The notes below the pieces were generated by a model that saw only the letters and a program-made list of their open reading frames with translations, did not search any database and had not been told where the DNA came from. A program made the position numbers and the translations under genes. From a virus (taxonomy: Duplodnaviria; Caudoviricetes), in IMG/VR virus record IMGVR_UViG_3300028833_000053: a stretch of 64,000 nt of DNA; one strand, 5' to 3'. This document shows positions 1-12,500 of the stretch, piece after piece (positions within the stretch are counted from its first letter, which is position 1; each line of letters starts with the position of its first letter).

Positions 1-10
1 GATAGTTGCC

Positions 11-661
11 ATGAAGGGCAACAAGCAGCACAGGCTTGAGGAGATTGCCGAGAAGAACGGAGAGGACGAGCTTGAAGACCATTTCAAGAACCTCTCCGAC
101 TGGATGCAGTCCAAGAACATCAAGGTTGTGACAGACACCGATGAAATGAAAGAAATTACCAATGGCACCGTCTTGAAGTTCACCGATGGAATGTCCACCA
201 CCGAGATTGTGGACAAGTTGATTCTTTCCGAGGAAGAGGCTATTGCAGTCTACGAGGACACCATACCCCACACGGAACTTGACTTGAACACGATGCTTTG
301 CGGATTCTTGAAGGACGAGCGAGAGCATCTCAAGGAACTTGTTGATTGCCGCGATGAAATGGGCGGTGGCGACAAGAGTGAAGAGCCAAAGCACAAGATT
401 TACGAGGACAGGGAAATGAGAAGACACAAAGTTGTTCCAAACTACGAGGTGTACAAGGCTATTGACATCGAGTGGGATGTTGACGATGAAGCGGATTTGG
501 CCGATCTTCCAAACGAAATCGAGGTTGAAGTTCCAAGGGATATCATAAGGGATGGCGAGGACGCAGTTGAGGAATATGTTTCCGACGCTATCACCGATGA
601 AACGGGATTCTGCCACAATGGTTTCTACTTGAAGCAGTTTTCCAAACCAGTGAGAAGGTGA
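11..661 (+). CDS. Acidic hypothetical phage protein, probably 5'-truncated by the window edge
   Basis: Frame is open to the left edge (ATA GTT GCC ATG); ends TGA; coding-like composition. Confidence 0.7.
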   Translation: MKGNKQHRLEEIAEKNGEDELEDHFKNLSDWMQSKNIKVVTDTDEMKEITNGTVLKFTDGMSTTEIVDKLILSEEEAIAVYEDTIPHTELDLNTMLCGFLKDEREHLKELVDCRDEMGGGDKSEEPKHKIYEDREMRRHKVVPNYEVYKAIDIEWDVDDEADLADLPNEIEVEVPRDIIRDGEDAVEEYVSDAITDETGFCHNGFYLKQFSKPVRR

Positions 662-662
662 T

Positions 663-1004
663 ATGATTGGATTCGTCAAGATTGCGTTTGCGTCAATGTG
701 CTTGCTCCTTGCATCGGGGTGCATGAACATCTATACAAGGTGGCCGACAACACCAAGGTAGATTGAATCAGTTTACTAGTCAACTGGGGAAATGGCTGGA
801 ATCACGTTGATTGCGTCATTCCCATAGATGATGTCAGACAATGGTTCTCCGGATGGTTTCATCCCCGAGAACCTTATTTCAATCCCATTCCTGGGATTGC
901 CATGTTTGATTGACACTGTTCTTGAAGTCGCGGTTGACACAGTGTGCTTGCCCTATGACTGGCCCGTTTCACATTATAGGAATCGGAAGCGCGAGGGATT
1001 TTGA
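663..1004 (+). CDS. YceK/YidQ-like small lipoprotein, 113 aa, TAG read-through
   Basis: Signal peptide and lipobox (MIGFVKIAFASMCLLLASG-C); C-terminal LIDTVLEVAVDTVCLPYD motif; in-frame TAG at 759, 777, 825; ends TGA. Absent from the ORF track. Confidence 0.7.
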
Positions 1005-1013
1005 AAGCAATTT

Positions 1014-1021
1014 TGTAAATA
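1014..1021 (+). promoter_or_regulatory. Putative late promoter motif TGTAAATA
   Basis: Variant of the recurrent GTAAATA motif upstream of virion-like genes. Confidence 0.45.
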
Positions 1022-1105
1022 ATATTTGAATTGAACATATTCAATGACTAGTCACAGAGGATTGTTCAAGGACGTTAACAAACAACTCTATAGAGGAATA
1101 CTGAA

Positions 1106-1840
1106 ATGAAGAAACTGAACATTACGAAGAAGCAGTACGATGAGAGCAAGTATTTCAACAACAAGTACGGTGCGCTCAAGTTTGTTTCTGAGAGCGGCAA
1201 GCTCTACAAGACCGACAAGGGCGTTGTTCTCGCTCTTGAGGGAACCGAAGAGGAAGTCCCCCCAAAGGAGGTCACCGAGGACGAGGACGAGCCTGGAAAA
1301 GGTGAGGGCGAAGAGGAAGTCACGGTCAAGAAGGAAGACCTGGCTAATGCTCTTCAGGGCGTGATTGATACCGTCAAGGACATCGCCGCCGAAAACGACG
1401 TTGAACTTCCCGAAGAGGAGCAGGACGACGGCGAAGGAGAGGGCGAGGATGACGATGATGAGATCGACCTTGAGTTCGATGAGGGCAACGAGGAAGTCTG
1501 CCCAACCTGCGGTGCTGCCATGAAGAAAGAATGCGGTGGTGTCAAGGAGTGCTCTGGTGCCGGTTGCGTCAAGAAGGAGTGTGGCAAGCCTGGTTTGAAG
1601 GCCGAGTCCGCCCGTATGCGCCGTGCAAAGATGGTGCGTGAGTCCCTGCTCCGCCGTGCCCGTGCGAAGAAGATTCGCGAGTCCATTGAGCGTCGTCGCC
1701 GTGCAAGGAAGGTTCTTGAGTCCATCCGCCGCCGTCGTGCAGCGAAGAAGGTTCTTGAGTCCGCCCGCAAGCGCCGTATTGCCAAGAAGGTGATGGAGTC
1801 ACGCAAGCTTCGCGCCCGCCGCGCCGGCCTGAGAAAGTAA
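1106..1840 (+). CDS. Putative internal head/core protein: acidic middle, Arg/Lys-rich repeated C-terminus
   Basis: SD GAGG; N-terminus shared with 18973 gene; D/E-rich middle; six basic units separated by xxES. Confidence 0.6.
   Translation: MKKLNITKKQYDESKYFNNKYGALKFVSESGKLYKTDKGVVLALEGTEEEVPPKEVTEDEDEPGKGEGEEEVTVKKEDLANALQGVIDTVKDIAAENDVELPEEEQDDGEGEGEDDDDEIDLEFDEGNEEVCPTCGAAMKKECGGVKECSGAGCVKKECGKPGLKAESARMRRAKMVRESLLRRARAKKIRESIERRRRARKVLESIRRRRAAKKVLESARKRRIAKKVMESRKLRARRAGLRK
1601..1837 (+). repeat. Degenerate coding repeats, (R/K)-rich unit plus xxES
   Basis: Recurring cgccgtgc...aag(a)aggttcttgagtcc units. Confidence 0.75.
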
Positions 1841-1866
1841 GTTCAACCCAAATTGAACCGAAAAAT

Positions 1867-1899
1867 AAATGAGGATGCCCTTTACGGACGTCCTCATTT
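1867..1899 (+). terminator. Intrinsic terminator-like hairpin
   Basis: AAATGAGGA...TCCTCATTT inverted repeat after the 1840 stop. Confidence 0.6.
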
Positions 1900-1916
1900 G
1901 CTTTATAATTAACTGT

Positions 1917-2426
1917 ATGGATTATGACGCAGAAACCCAGTTCTTGAAAGACCACAAGTCCTTGATACTTGATGGCATTGAATACATTGACAACAGTGTG
2001 TTCCGACCCAACTTCCTCACGGCAATGGAGGAAATGAAGTGGAAGTGCGTCATCGTTCCAGATAATGAATGGACACCCAGCAAGTGGTTTCCAACGGAGA
2101 CCGACAACTATCGCCGCGAGACAAGGGTGTTGAATTCATATATCGCCAAGAACCCTTCTTTGTTTGGCTACACGGACAAATATGGGTGGGCGTACCATGA
2201 ACTTGTGCATGTTGCCATCTACACTGGACGTATGCCCGAAAGGTACATGAACTTGGAATCTCCGTTTGAATATCCCTTGAACCGTGATGAAATCTATTGC
2301 TATGGCTATCAGATGAAGCACTTGATTGAATTCAAGAAAAACGGAAACTTGATGAGGTTCGCCCTTGGGAAGATTCCCGGACTCAAACCCAAACTTTGCG
2401 TGTTGGCAAATGCTTTATTCAAATAA
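1917..2426 (+). CDS. Zincin-like protein (HExxH)
   Basis: YHELVH plus downstream DEIYCY; ATG 1917 lies after the hairpin. Confidence 0.5.
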   Translation: MDYDAETQFLKDHKSLILDGIEYIDNSVFRPNFLTAMEEMKWKCVIVPDNEWTPSKWFPTETDNYRRETRVLNSYIAKNPSLFGYTDKYGWAYHELVHVAIYTGRMPERYMNLESPFEYPLNRDEIYCYGYQMKHLIEFKKNGNLMRFALGKIPGLKPKLCVLANALFK

Positions 2427-2442
2427 ACAGAAAGAGGAATAA

Positions 2443-3525
2443 ATGATTAGTTCATCAGAATTCGTATCACAAGGACATCCCGACAGGACGTGCGACAGCG
2501 TTGCGTCCTATATCTTGGATGAGTATTTGAGGCATGACCCCAAGACAAGGTTTGCACTTGAAATCCAGATGAAAGACCAGGTGTGCAACTTGGCTGGCGA
2601 GGTTACGTCCAAGTGGCTTCCCGGAAGACTTGAGATTGAGGATATGGTCAGGTGCGCAATCCGCAAGGTTGGCTATACTTCTGAGTATGCGTCAAATTGG
2701 CCCGATGGAGCAACGCTGAACGCAGACAAGGTTGTTGTGAACAACTTCATCGGACAGCAATCTCCCAACATTGCACAGGGCGTTGACCGAGAGGGCTGGG
2801 GCGACCAGGGTTGCTTCATGGGCATGGCCACCAACGAGAAGAAGTTTTTCTGTATGCCAATGGACAAGTACCTTGCCAACAGGATTGGCAAGCATCTTTA
2901 CACCGTTGCGAAATCAGGACTTATGTACATTGGTCTTGACATCAAGGTTCTTGTCTCCATCAAGAATGAAAACGAGGTTGAGCAGGTCATTGTGGCTGCT
3001 CCCATGCTTCCAGAGCATGAAACGGATATGGTGAAGTACATCAAAAACGTTGTCAACAACATTCTTTCGGAGTGTGGCTTGACATGTGATGAAATCATTG
3101 TCAATGGAACTGGCTCTTACGTCATCCATTCCACGGTTGGTGACGCTGGCGTTGTTGGAAGGAAACTGGCAGTTGACTTCTATGGTCTGAATTGCCCTAT
3201 CGGTGGCGGTACTACATGGGGCAAGGACGGTACCAAGGCGGACGTCACGTTGAATCTCGCCGCCAGGTACTACGCCCTGCAGGAGATTTTGAGGAATCCC
3301 GACAACAAGGCAATCTACACCAAGCTTGCCTGCTGCATTGGACAGAGCAAGTGCCTTGTTTCGTTCTTCAACGAAAACCACGAAGTTTACAAGGAGGAGC
3401 AGAAGGACATTCTCCCGTCCGAGATTACTCGCAAGTTTGGACTTGATGGCTCCGTTCCAGGAATGTATTGGTCTCTCTGCCAAAACGGATTGTTCCACTA
3501 CGTTGACGAACTTGCTTTGAAGTGA
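2443..3525 (+). CDS. metK: S-adenosylmethionine synthetase
   Basis: SEFVSQGHPDR, GWGDQG, GDAGVVGRKLAVDFYG and GGGTTWGKD motifs. Confidence 0.93.
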   Translation: MISSSEFVSQGHPDRTCDSVASYILDEYLRHDPKTRFALEIQMKDQVCNLAGEVTSKWLPGRLEIEDMVRCAIRKVGYTSEYASNWPDGATLNADKVVVNNFIGQQSPNIAQGVDREGWGDQGCFMGMATNEKKFFCMPMDKYLANRIGKHLYTVAKSGLMYIGLDIKVLVSIKNENEVEQVIVAAPMLPEHETDMVKYIKNVVNNILSECGLTCDEIIVNGTGSYVIHSTVGDAGVVGRKLAVDFYGLNCPIGGGTTWGKDGTKADVTLNLAARYYALQEILRNPDNKAIYTKLACCIGQSKCLVSFFNENHEVYKEEQKDILPSEITRKFGLDGSVPGMYWSLCQNGLFHYVDELALK

Positions 3526-3547
3526 TAAATGGTAAATACCATTATCA
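3523..3547 (+). promoter_or_regulatory. Late promoter motif GGTAAATA (3531-3538) inside a hairpin reaching the next start codon
   Basis: TGATA-A-ATGGT-AAAT-ACCAT-TATCA; the last A is the A of ATG 3547. Confidence 0.6.
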
Positions 3548-6500
3548 TGAATAGCGCATTGACAAGACCATAGTCCCTACAGGAACTCTACAAGACATAC
3601 TTTTCGTTTGCCAACCGGTTCCAATTCACTTCTTTGCTGAGAAACTACATTCAGAACGAGGAATGGAAGGACCGTTCATAGGAGCCTGTATGGGAGGTCT
3701 TGTCGAAAATTTCTGACGACATTGGTGCCGTGTTGACGGATGACATCGTGAACTACACGCGAAACGTTGTTGATGTCAATACCTGCAAGGTTCCGGAACT
3801 CATTGAACATGCGCAAATGCTTTCCTACAGGCTTGACCACCTGAGGAATTCCTATGAGTTCTTTCCGAAGCGCATACAATGCCTTGTGGATATTTTTTCC
3901 GTGAATCCGGAGTATTTGTTGGGTAATCATCAGAACCACGTTCTTTCCGATACCGTCATAAAGGAAATACTGATTTACATTAGGGAGAACGTCAAGGACA
4001 GAAAGCCGTTCATCAACGACGATGCCATTGACAAGTTGCTGGATGACCCTCATAGTTTGACGGATTCGCAAACCTATTACAATTTCGTGTAGAACTTGTT
4101 TTACGTTTCCTTGGTGGAGGCGTTGTCCGCGCCATATTCTTTGGAAGATGCCCAACCAATTGTGTTCAATCTTCTTTTCAAGGAACGCCAGAACCAACAG
4201 AACGTGCTTTCGCGCATAGAGGAATACAAGTCTTGGATTGACAGATACATTTGGAACGAGATTGAATATCCCTTGAACGACTCGGGCTTGGCGAACACGA
4301 TTTACGGCAACGTTGAAACCATAAAGAATCAGAAGCAGATTTCAGTCAAGTTCAATCCATTCAAGATTGCAGACCACATCTACTTCAACGGATTGAATCC
4401 AAACAACGGGCTTTCGGACGATGAAATGTACTTGGTTGAAATGGTTCTTGACTACCACGCCAAGACGAAGTACGATTACGAAGCGGAACAGTTCGTGGAT
4501 GACCTTTCCACGCAATATGCCTATTACAAGGAGTTGGAGTTCTGTGAATACGTGAAGTTGGTGATGTTCATAGTGAACAACCTCAATCAATTCCATTTGT
4601 CCGGGTTGACATATGACATTTCCAGCAACAAGTTCATGAGCGAAAGCCGCGACGATGCCAATTGCATGAGAGTGGTGAACATCTTCAATGAGGATGGGAA
4701 CATCGTTGAATATCATGGTGGAAGAGTTGCGTTGAACCATGATATTTTGCTGAAAGTGGCGAAGTTTCTAACTGAATACGTGTTTCACATTCAGGGAATA
4801 CGCGAGAACATGAAAACCATTGCGCATAAACACGCGATGAGGGGTTCCGCGGCTTTGCTTGTGCATATTGTGAACGACTATCTCGTGAAGGAGCTGCCGT
4901 TCGTCCGTGACATGATGTATGAAGGGGAAGAGGACACCCCAATGAAGTTCCTTTGGGAGACCGACTCCCAGTTCCGAAACTATGGCAACGTCAAGGTTCT
5001 CGAATACGAGGACGACAACGAGTATTTCAACATCGACCCAGAGAAGGATGTGTTGTTCACGGAAAGAACCAATGACCGCTATTGGGAGCAGCTTGAGAAC
5101 ATGGGGTATGACGATACCTTGGGCGTTCTCACGAAGGGGCAGATAAAGGACTTCTACAGAAACGTTCTTGGAATGGGAAGGTTGCAGCCCTCGAAGTCCA
5201 TGCACTATGACGATGTTGCCGATTTCCTTGTTGACCTTTTCAAGATTGGCGCGAACCCTATTGAATGGGACAAGGGCGAGGAAGAATTCTACAATCCCAT
5301 TGACGACATAGAAAACAAGTCCGAAGAGGACTATGGCTACACCAAGGAAGAGCGTTTGGAGGTTCAGAGGAACACGGAATTGCGCAAGAACCAAGAAAAG
5401 CAATTCAAGGAATACAGTGGAAACGATGACTTGGTTGGGGACAGCATATACGATCTCTTCAACAGCAAGTTGTTCTATTGGAAGAACACGGACTATTCCT
5501 CACACGCGCTTCATCCGTTCATGTACAACTTGAAGTTGTGGAACAAGTTGAACAACATCATCATCAACGGTTACCGCGACTACATTGACAACGACCTCAT
5601 AGACTACTTGTCATCAAAGACGAAGTTTGACGAGATTTTCGGAAAGTTCGGAGAGGGAAGGAAGTTCTGGAAGTACAACGTGGTGGATTTGAGCGGCTAC
5701 ACCACACGTTATGAGGCGGCGGTCAAGGATGAACGCCTTGAAGACGACAAGAACAGCATCAGTGAACTTACTGGATATGATGGTTTGTTCTATCCAGAGG
5801 CGGCTCGGGCTTTCTTGAATTTGTATAATGCACCCAACCAGGACTTTACTCTTACAAATGAGTTCTTCAAGGAAAGTGGAAACAAATTCTATAAGGGCAA
5901 GAATGAATTTGTCGCCGCCATATATTCCATATACTGGCAAGATTAGACAACCGAGTTGTACCAAAAGGATTCGGCTACCGGGATTGAGACAAGCACAAGA
6001 GATGACTCGTTCTACACAAGATGGTATTCACACCTGAACTACACAAGGAGCGAGTACCAGAAGATAGCCCTTCAACTTTGGTATTGGCGCGACAGAATAT
6101 GGGAGTTGATTTCCATTGAATACCCAATGACCAGGTATTGCCTTGACGTTCAGGGAAATTCCTTGATATTGGTTTCCACGTTCCAGGATGGGGATGACGA
6201 AAAGAATCCCTATCTTGTTGACCTTGCCATTGCATAGGAAGATGTTGAACAGAACAGAAACAGAAACAAGAACACAAGTGTTTCGTTTTGCGACAACAAG
6301 TTGAAGCGTCCAAGCGAGTTGTGGATACGTTGGAAGTCAAATCCAATTGCCTTGCCTGCGTTTGATGCGTTGTACGACCACAAGACGGGGGATTATTGGT
6401 TTGACTTTTACCACCGCACCGATGGCAACACCGAAATGGGTCAGCTTACCCACACCAACAGCGATTGCAACGACAATTTCAAGGTTGTTCTGTTGAAGTG

Positions 6501-9500
6501 GATTGCAAAGTACGAAAAGACGATAAAGTGGACGTATTAGGAACCCGGTTCGGATTCCGAAGCCCGTGTTTTGAGTGGAAACAGGCTTCCGGTGTTCTTT
6601 GACATGGAACAGTCGGCCAACGTCCTGGCTCTTGCTTCTTGGTATATGATACCATATATTGACACGGATGGCATAGTCCATGTTGACTCCAATGGCGAGC
6701 AGTTGAACGTGGTGTGCTGCTCCAAGAATCCGATGCACATAATCTCCTTGGAGCGCACAAGCATGAATCCATCGGAGTATTGCTTGGGCGAGTATTCCAG
6801 TGAGACCTCTTTGAACAACACGGACGTCTACCTCAATTGGTTGTTTGACTCCTACCAGTATTGTCAAGCCAATGGCGCGTTGATGATTCCCTTGTATTCA
6901 TTTGACTGCACGGATGAAGAGGGAAGCGATTACCACCAATATGCCAATTTGAGGGTGTTCTTGGTTCCCGCCCAGGAGTTGAAGGGCGACACGCACGTTG
7001 TGAACGACAGGTTGGTTCAGTTGAAGGATATGTGCGTTGACTTGAACCAGCAGGTTGATTTCAACGATACGGACAAGAAATACAGGTTCGACTATCCGAT
7101 AAAGGTTTGCCGCAACACGCGCATGGTGTTCTCTGCCTATGACCGAAACGGCTCAAACAGGATGAAATGCGCGTTCCTTGGCGTGTTTGACGCGAATAAG
7201 GAACATTATCTCGGAAACAACTATGCCAACACTTCTTGCAAGGTAAGTTCTTGCATGGCGAAGACGAGGTACGAGTACGATTCACAGTCAACAGTTGACC
7301 TTGGATTGACGAAGGGAAGATACTACCTGGAAAACATTGATTCAGATCCAAGCCAGTATGGGGATGACAAGGATACGTATCTTGACAAGTATGTTGCCAA
7401 GGAGTGCTTCAATTCCTACGATTCCAACGACAAGTACGTGTTTGTGCTGGATTTCGACCCATCCATAGACCACAAGAGCATGTTTGACATTTCCTGGAAA
7501 ACGGGACTTTCAACATACACCTACAACATATTGGGTGACGCCGGCTACATTCCACATTTTGCCTACCAGTCATTGATACGCTACAGGGCCGATGACAAAG
7601 ACGCCGGAGTTGCATATACTTGGAAGAACTCCTACACCGAAAGCAAAGACCACATGCAGTTTGAGTTGTTGGGACTTGACGACAAGGCACTTCCGTTGAC
7701 ATATGAAGCCATAAGCAAACTTGTGGTTGAGGACTTGACAGACGAATGCAGTACCTTGCTTTGCCCGGCAAAGCTCATGGATGACATCTACCGCATTTGG
7801 TGCGAGACAAGGGACGTTAAAACCAGATTGTATTTCCCCCAGTACGGAGAATACCAAAACCATTTCCACAATGAATTTGTGGACTATCCCAACCCGGAAG
7901 TCAGCTTTGGATTTGACTTGAAAGACGAGATTGAGGAAAATGGTGTCAAGGTAAAACCCTGTGGCAAGGGAATTACGGTCATGGAGGTGGTGAATCCACT
8001 TGACGAAAATTACCAATACAAGGACAAGGGTTGGGGCAGCAAAACCAAGGTCATAGATTGGGATGTTTCTGAGACAGTTGGCTTGCGAGACGATAATGGG
8101 AATCCGGTTTTGCAAAAAGACAGCCGTGGAGAACCGTTGATGTTCAACAAGACCACAGGAAAGATAATCCACAAGGCATCCGGCGAAGACCATTATGAGG
8201 ACGACTTTGGCGTTGCAGTCGATCCAACGGAAGTTGAAAACAACTATGAAACGCGCCCTGTTGACATTGGCTTGTTTGAACTTGACCTGCCCCAAAGCGA
8301 ACAGGGGATAGACGAGGATGATACTCTGACTGCCGCGCAAAAGGCGCAAAGAAAGCTTGACGCTTTCAAGAAGTTGCTTGACGAATACTATGTATACGTT
8401 GTGAGGACCGAAAACGGCAACATATTGAACGAGAAGAGGTACATTCTCCCGCCGACAAGGATTTCGGAGTTCATCTTGGGAATGGGCGACCGCGATGGAT
8501 TCATGAAATGCAGTCTCAGTCCATACCAAACGCCAATCATACAAGACGAGCATTTTGTCAATACACAGGTTGTGTTTGCCGGAACGCCCAATCCGTTCTC
8601 ATACGACTTGAATGGAAACAGGATATACTCGAAGCCGGAGGAGTTGCAATATGGAAATTCCTTGGCTGGAGTTGATTCCATAGAGTTGAAGATTGACATA
8701 GTTGGGTTTGTTGACGAAGAGACGTTGAAGTACGACGACACTGGCAATCCAATTATGACAACGGACAAGGAGCCGTATGAACCAGATTGGCCCGTGTACA
8801 TGACTTCCACGCGCAAGTTCCTCAAGCCAACTTTGCGTTTTGTCAAGAACATGCCAAGCGGTGAAAGGTTGATAGACAAGGTTCAATGGAACACGAACTT
8901 GGTTCCGGATGGGGAAGTCACGGTGATGTTCTCCCACAAGAACCTTGACAACTTGGCGAAGTACCACATAATGAACAGACAGTCAAACCTGTACTTTGAT
9001 GGTTCGTTGCCCAAGAATTCCGAACACAAGAACCAATACAAGTTCTCGGACTTCAAGTACAGCGAATCCGTGATGATATACAAGGAGGGTGACAAGTGGA
9101 AGTCGATTGAGACGGATTCCGAGAACAACCCCATATTGGAGTTTGTGATGGATGACGTTGGTTCGGAAGGTGGAAGTACGTCGGATAACCTTCCTCCATA
9201 CTATGTTGAGGTGGAGAAAGAGACTGGGACGGAGAAGTGGTATATTGAACAGGACAGGCTTGTTCCAGATCAAGTGAAGACGAAGCAATTTAACGGTGGA
9301 ACGTATGTTGAAGATACCGAACACTCTGGAAAAGAGAAGTTTGTGGGCGGCGACAAGCACAAGATAGAATCCATTTGCAATCCAGACCTCAATCCAACTG
9401 ACATGATATGCCATGTTGGTAGAATAGGGAACACCATAATATACGATGTTCCAAAGCCCGGTGATGTCAACAACAACCCGTCCGACCAAGGCAATGAAAC

Positions 9501-12500
9501 AAAATGGGAAGGTGGGTTCCGCTGGGCACATAAGGTGAAGTCGGAGCCCGAGAAGTATCTTGACTACTTCTACATTGCGAACGGTGGCTTGGCGTTCAAG
9601 GTCAGCGAAGAGTCATATTCCTTCGCGGAAGCCATGTCAAGGATACCTCCTTTCTACATTGACTTTGTTACAAGAAACAAGCTCCAGGACTTGAACAACA
9701 TCCAGGTGTTGAAGGAATATTCCACGTTCATCCACCAAAGCGAGAATCCCGACAAGGTGAAGGAATGCGGTAACTTCAATCCCCTGATTGTGGATGCCAT
9801 ATTGAGGTATGGCGTTGAGCAGAGGGAATTGAGCAGACTCAAGAGAGACGGCCAGGGGATTCCGATATTGAACGGAAGTGGGGAATACATATACATTGAC
9901 GATGACAACAACATGGTTAAATATGATGCATCGGGGAACGCCATCAACCCATTGTCTGTGAAGGTCATATGCACGGAACCCTATTCAGGAGATTGGGATC
10001 GGCACATACCGACATATATGCCATACACAGGTTTCTCCAGTGTCAAGCCCGGCACTGTGGCGTCTTCCGTCAATCAAAGGCTCATAGAGTTGAACAACAC
10101 GTCTGGAACAAGCACGTTGCTTCTTCAGTTGGATGATGGCGAGATTGACGACTATCTGAGAATATACACCAACTACGTCAGAGTTGACGATGAATATGGT
10201 GATTACCACTACGACCTGTACTTCAACATACAAAATCTCTTCAATTCTCCGTTCGAGTACATTTCCACCGTGACCGGACAACCCAACGTCCTCATATTGA
10301 AGGATTCCTACCTTTATCTCACGGGTGACAAGTTCACGAAAGTCCAGGACGGGGCCACTGGAACATGGCACAACGAGATAGACGATGACAAGGTTGCCGC
10401 GATAAAGGAAGGTGGGGAACTCACGATCTATGGTCAGGTGAAGACATATTCTGGCGAGAAGTTGAGTGATGTCCAAACCATAAAGTTGTTCACTTACAAG
10501 ATTCACAACATATCCGACGACAAGCCGAAGTTCCTCATAGAGAAGACCTATGACATAACGAAGTCCACGTTGCAAGGGAACGTCACGAAGAACATCAACA
10601 TAGAGTTTTCCGACGTTTTGTGGACGTTGGACGAGGTGGATTTTGAAATAAAGGACAACAAGGACAACAAGTTCAAGGAGTTGAAGAATGACGTAACAGT
10701 TGTACAGCCCGTGAAGTTGCGCTACAACTGGGACAGAGAGGACGACTTCAGGATAAAGTCAATTTCCTTTGACCTCGTGAACGATGTCATAGACTTCAAC
10801 TAGGTTCCGAAGTTGTGTGAATATTGGGTTCAGGACAGGACTTTGCGCGACAAGACAAGTGACGGGAAGAACTACCCATACTATGACCATTGGAGCGACA
10901 AGTACATGAAGTTGGAAGTGGATGACATCACCTAGATTCCAAGAATGACCTTGATGTACGATGAACTCAACGGACACAATTTCGAGACAATCTATCTGAG
11001 GTGGAAACTTCCAGCGGGTTGCCGCATAATGGACACGATTGACCGGCTTGGTGGATATGTGTTCAGTTCCACCGCCGCGAACATAATGGCTGATTGCAAC
11101 AGCAGCAGAACAACGCCAAAGTTCAACGTCACCTTGGGTCATGTTGTTGTTCGCGTACATGAACCATAGAAAGACGGGGAACGTGGAAAGATGTATTTGG
11201 GAATGGAGCATTCCTCCACAAGGAGGCAGAATGGCTATGTATTGAAAGGATTGGCCGAAAGCATTGAAGCCGCGTTCAACCTCAATCCAAATACGTATGG
11301 GGCAGCCGCGAATCCGACCTTTGAGGACGCAAGTGGCACATACAAGGACAGGAACAACTAGACGCACAATGTAAGCACAACGCATGTTGCAGTTCCAGAA
11401 ATAGAGATAGAAGATGCGGTTCTCAGTGCCTCGTCAGGGGAATCCAACAAGCAGCACTCGATTATGCTCAACGCGAATGGCGGAACGATTGGTGGAAAGT
11501 CCCGTGTTGTGAAGGTGTTTGCCCATGGTCAGTTGTTTGGAAACTTTGTGCCTGACACTTGGGGCAGGAACATATTTGATGGATGGTACAACACAAAGGG
11601 AGTTCAAATAACTCCCGAAACGCCAATCAACTCCTCCGATACGTTGTATGCACGTTGGAAGATGGCAGAGTGCATAGTGACGTTCAAGATGAACGTAACC
11701 GGTGACATCACAGACAATGGATATATCAATGGGGACAAGGTTGTTGTTACACAGTCCTTTGACAGTGAAACGGGCGAAATGAAGAAGAAGTACCCTCACG
11801 GAACCAAGGTGGGTGAACTTCCAACGTTCTCCGCGTCTGGCGAGTGGAGTGCCTGCACACCAAATGGCTGGTGGACCGACAGCATCAATGGAGACCAAGT
11901 TGGGTCAGACAAGAGCATTGAGGACGATGTAACGTTCTATGCGCACTTGACTGGGAAGACCACCATCAAGCGCGTGAACAACAGTACTGGAAATAGATAG
12001 GACGTGACAATTGTGCGCGATGGCCGTGAACATTTGATAGCCTCGAACTTTGCACCAAACGTCTATTTGATGTCAACGGACAAACTTGACTTTGCAAAGG
12101 ACTTTGAACTTGTTGTTTGCGGTGTAACGGGTGGAAATATAACCAACAACCAAGAAATCTTTGGTATGACTGACGGCACGGCGCACGGTGGCGTTCCTCC
12201 GTATACGCATTCCGAACTTGAACTTGGCGCATATCAAAACAAGGCTATGTTTGAATTTACGCCTGGTAGAGTTGACACCTATGACGCAATAACGGCAAAT
12301 ACGTTGTATTATTACAAGGTAATCAAGAATGGTGCAAAGCTCTATGGATATCTCAGTAAAGATGGCGTGAATTGGGACTTCCAGAGAGAAGGAACGCCCA
12401 AGACAGTAAATTCCTGGTTTGTTCTTGGTTTTGATTATGATGTCACTTCTGAACAGGAGGACAGTGAATATTGGCGTGGCACGATAGACTTGACGGAATC

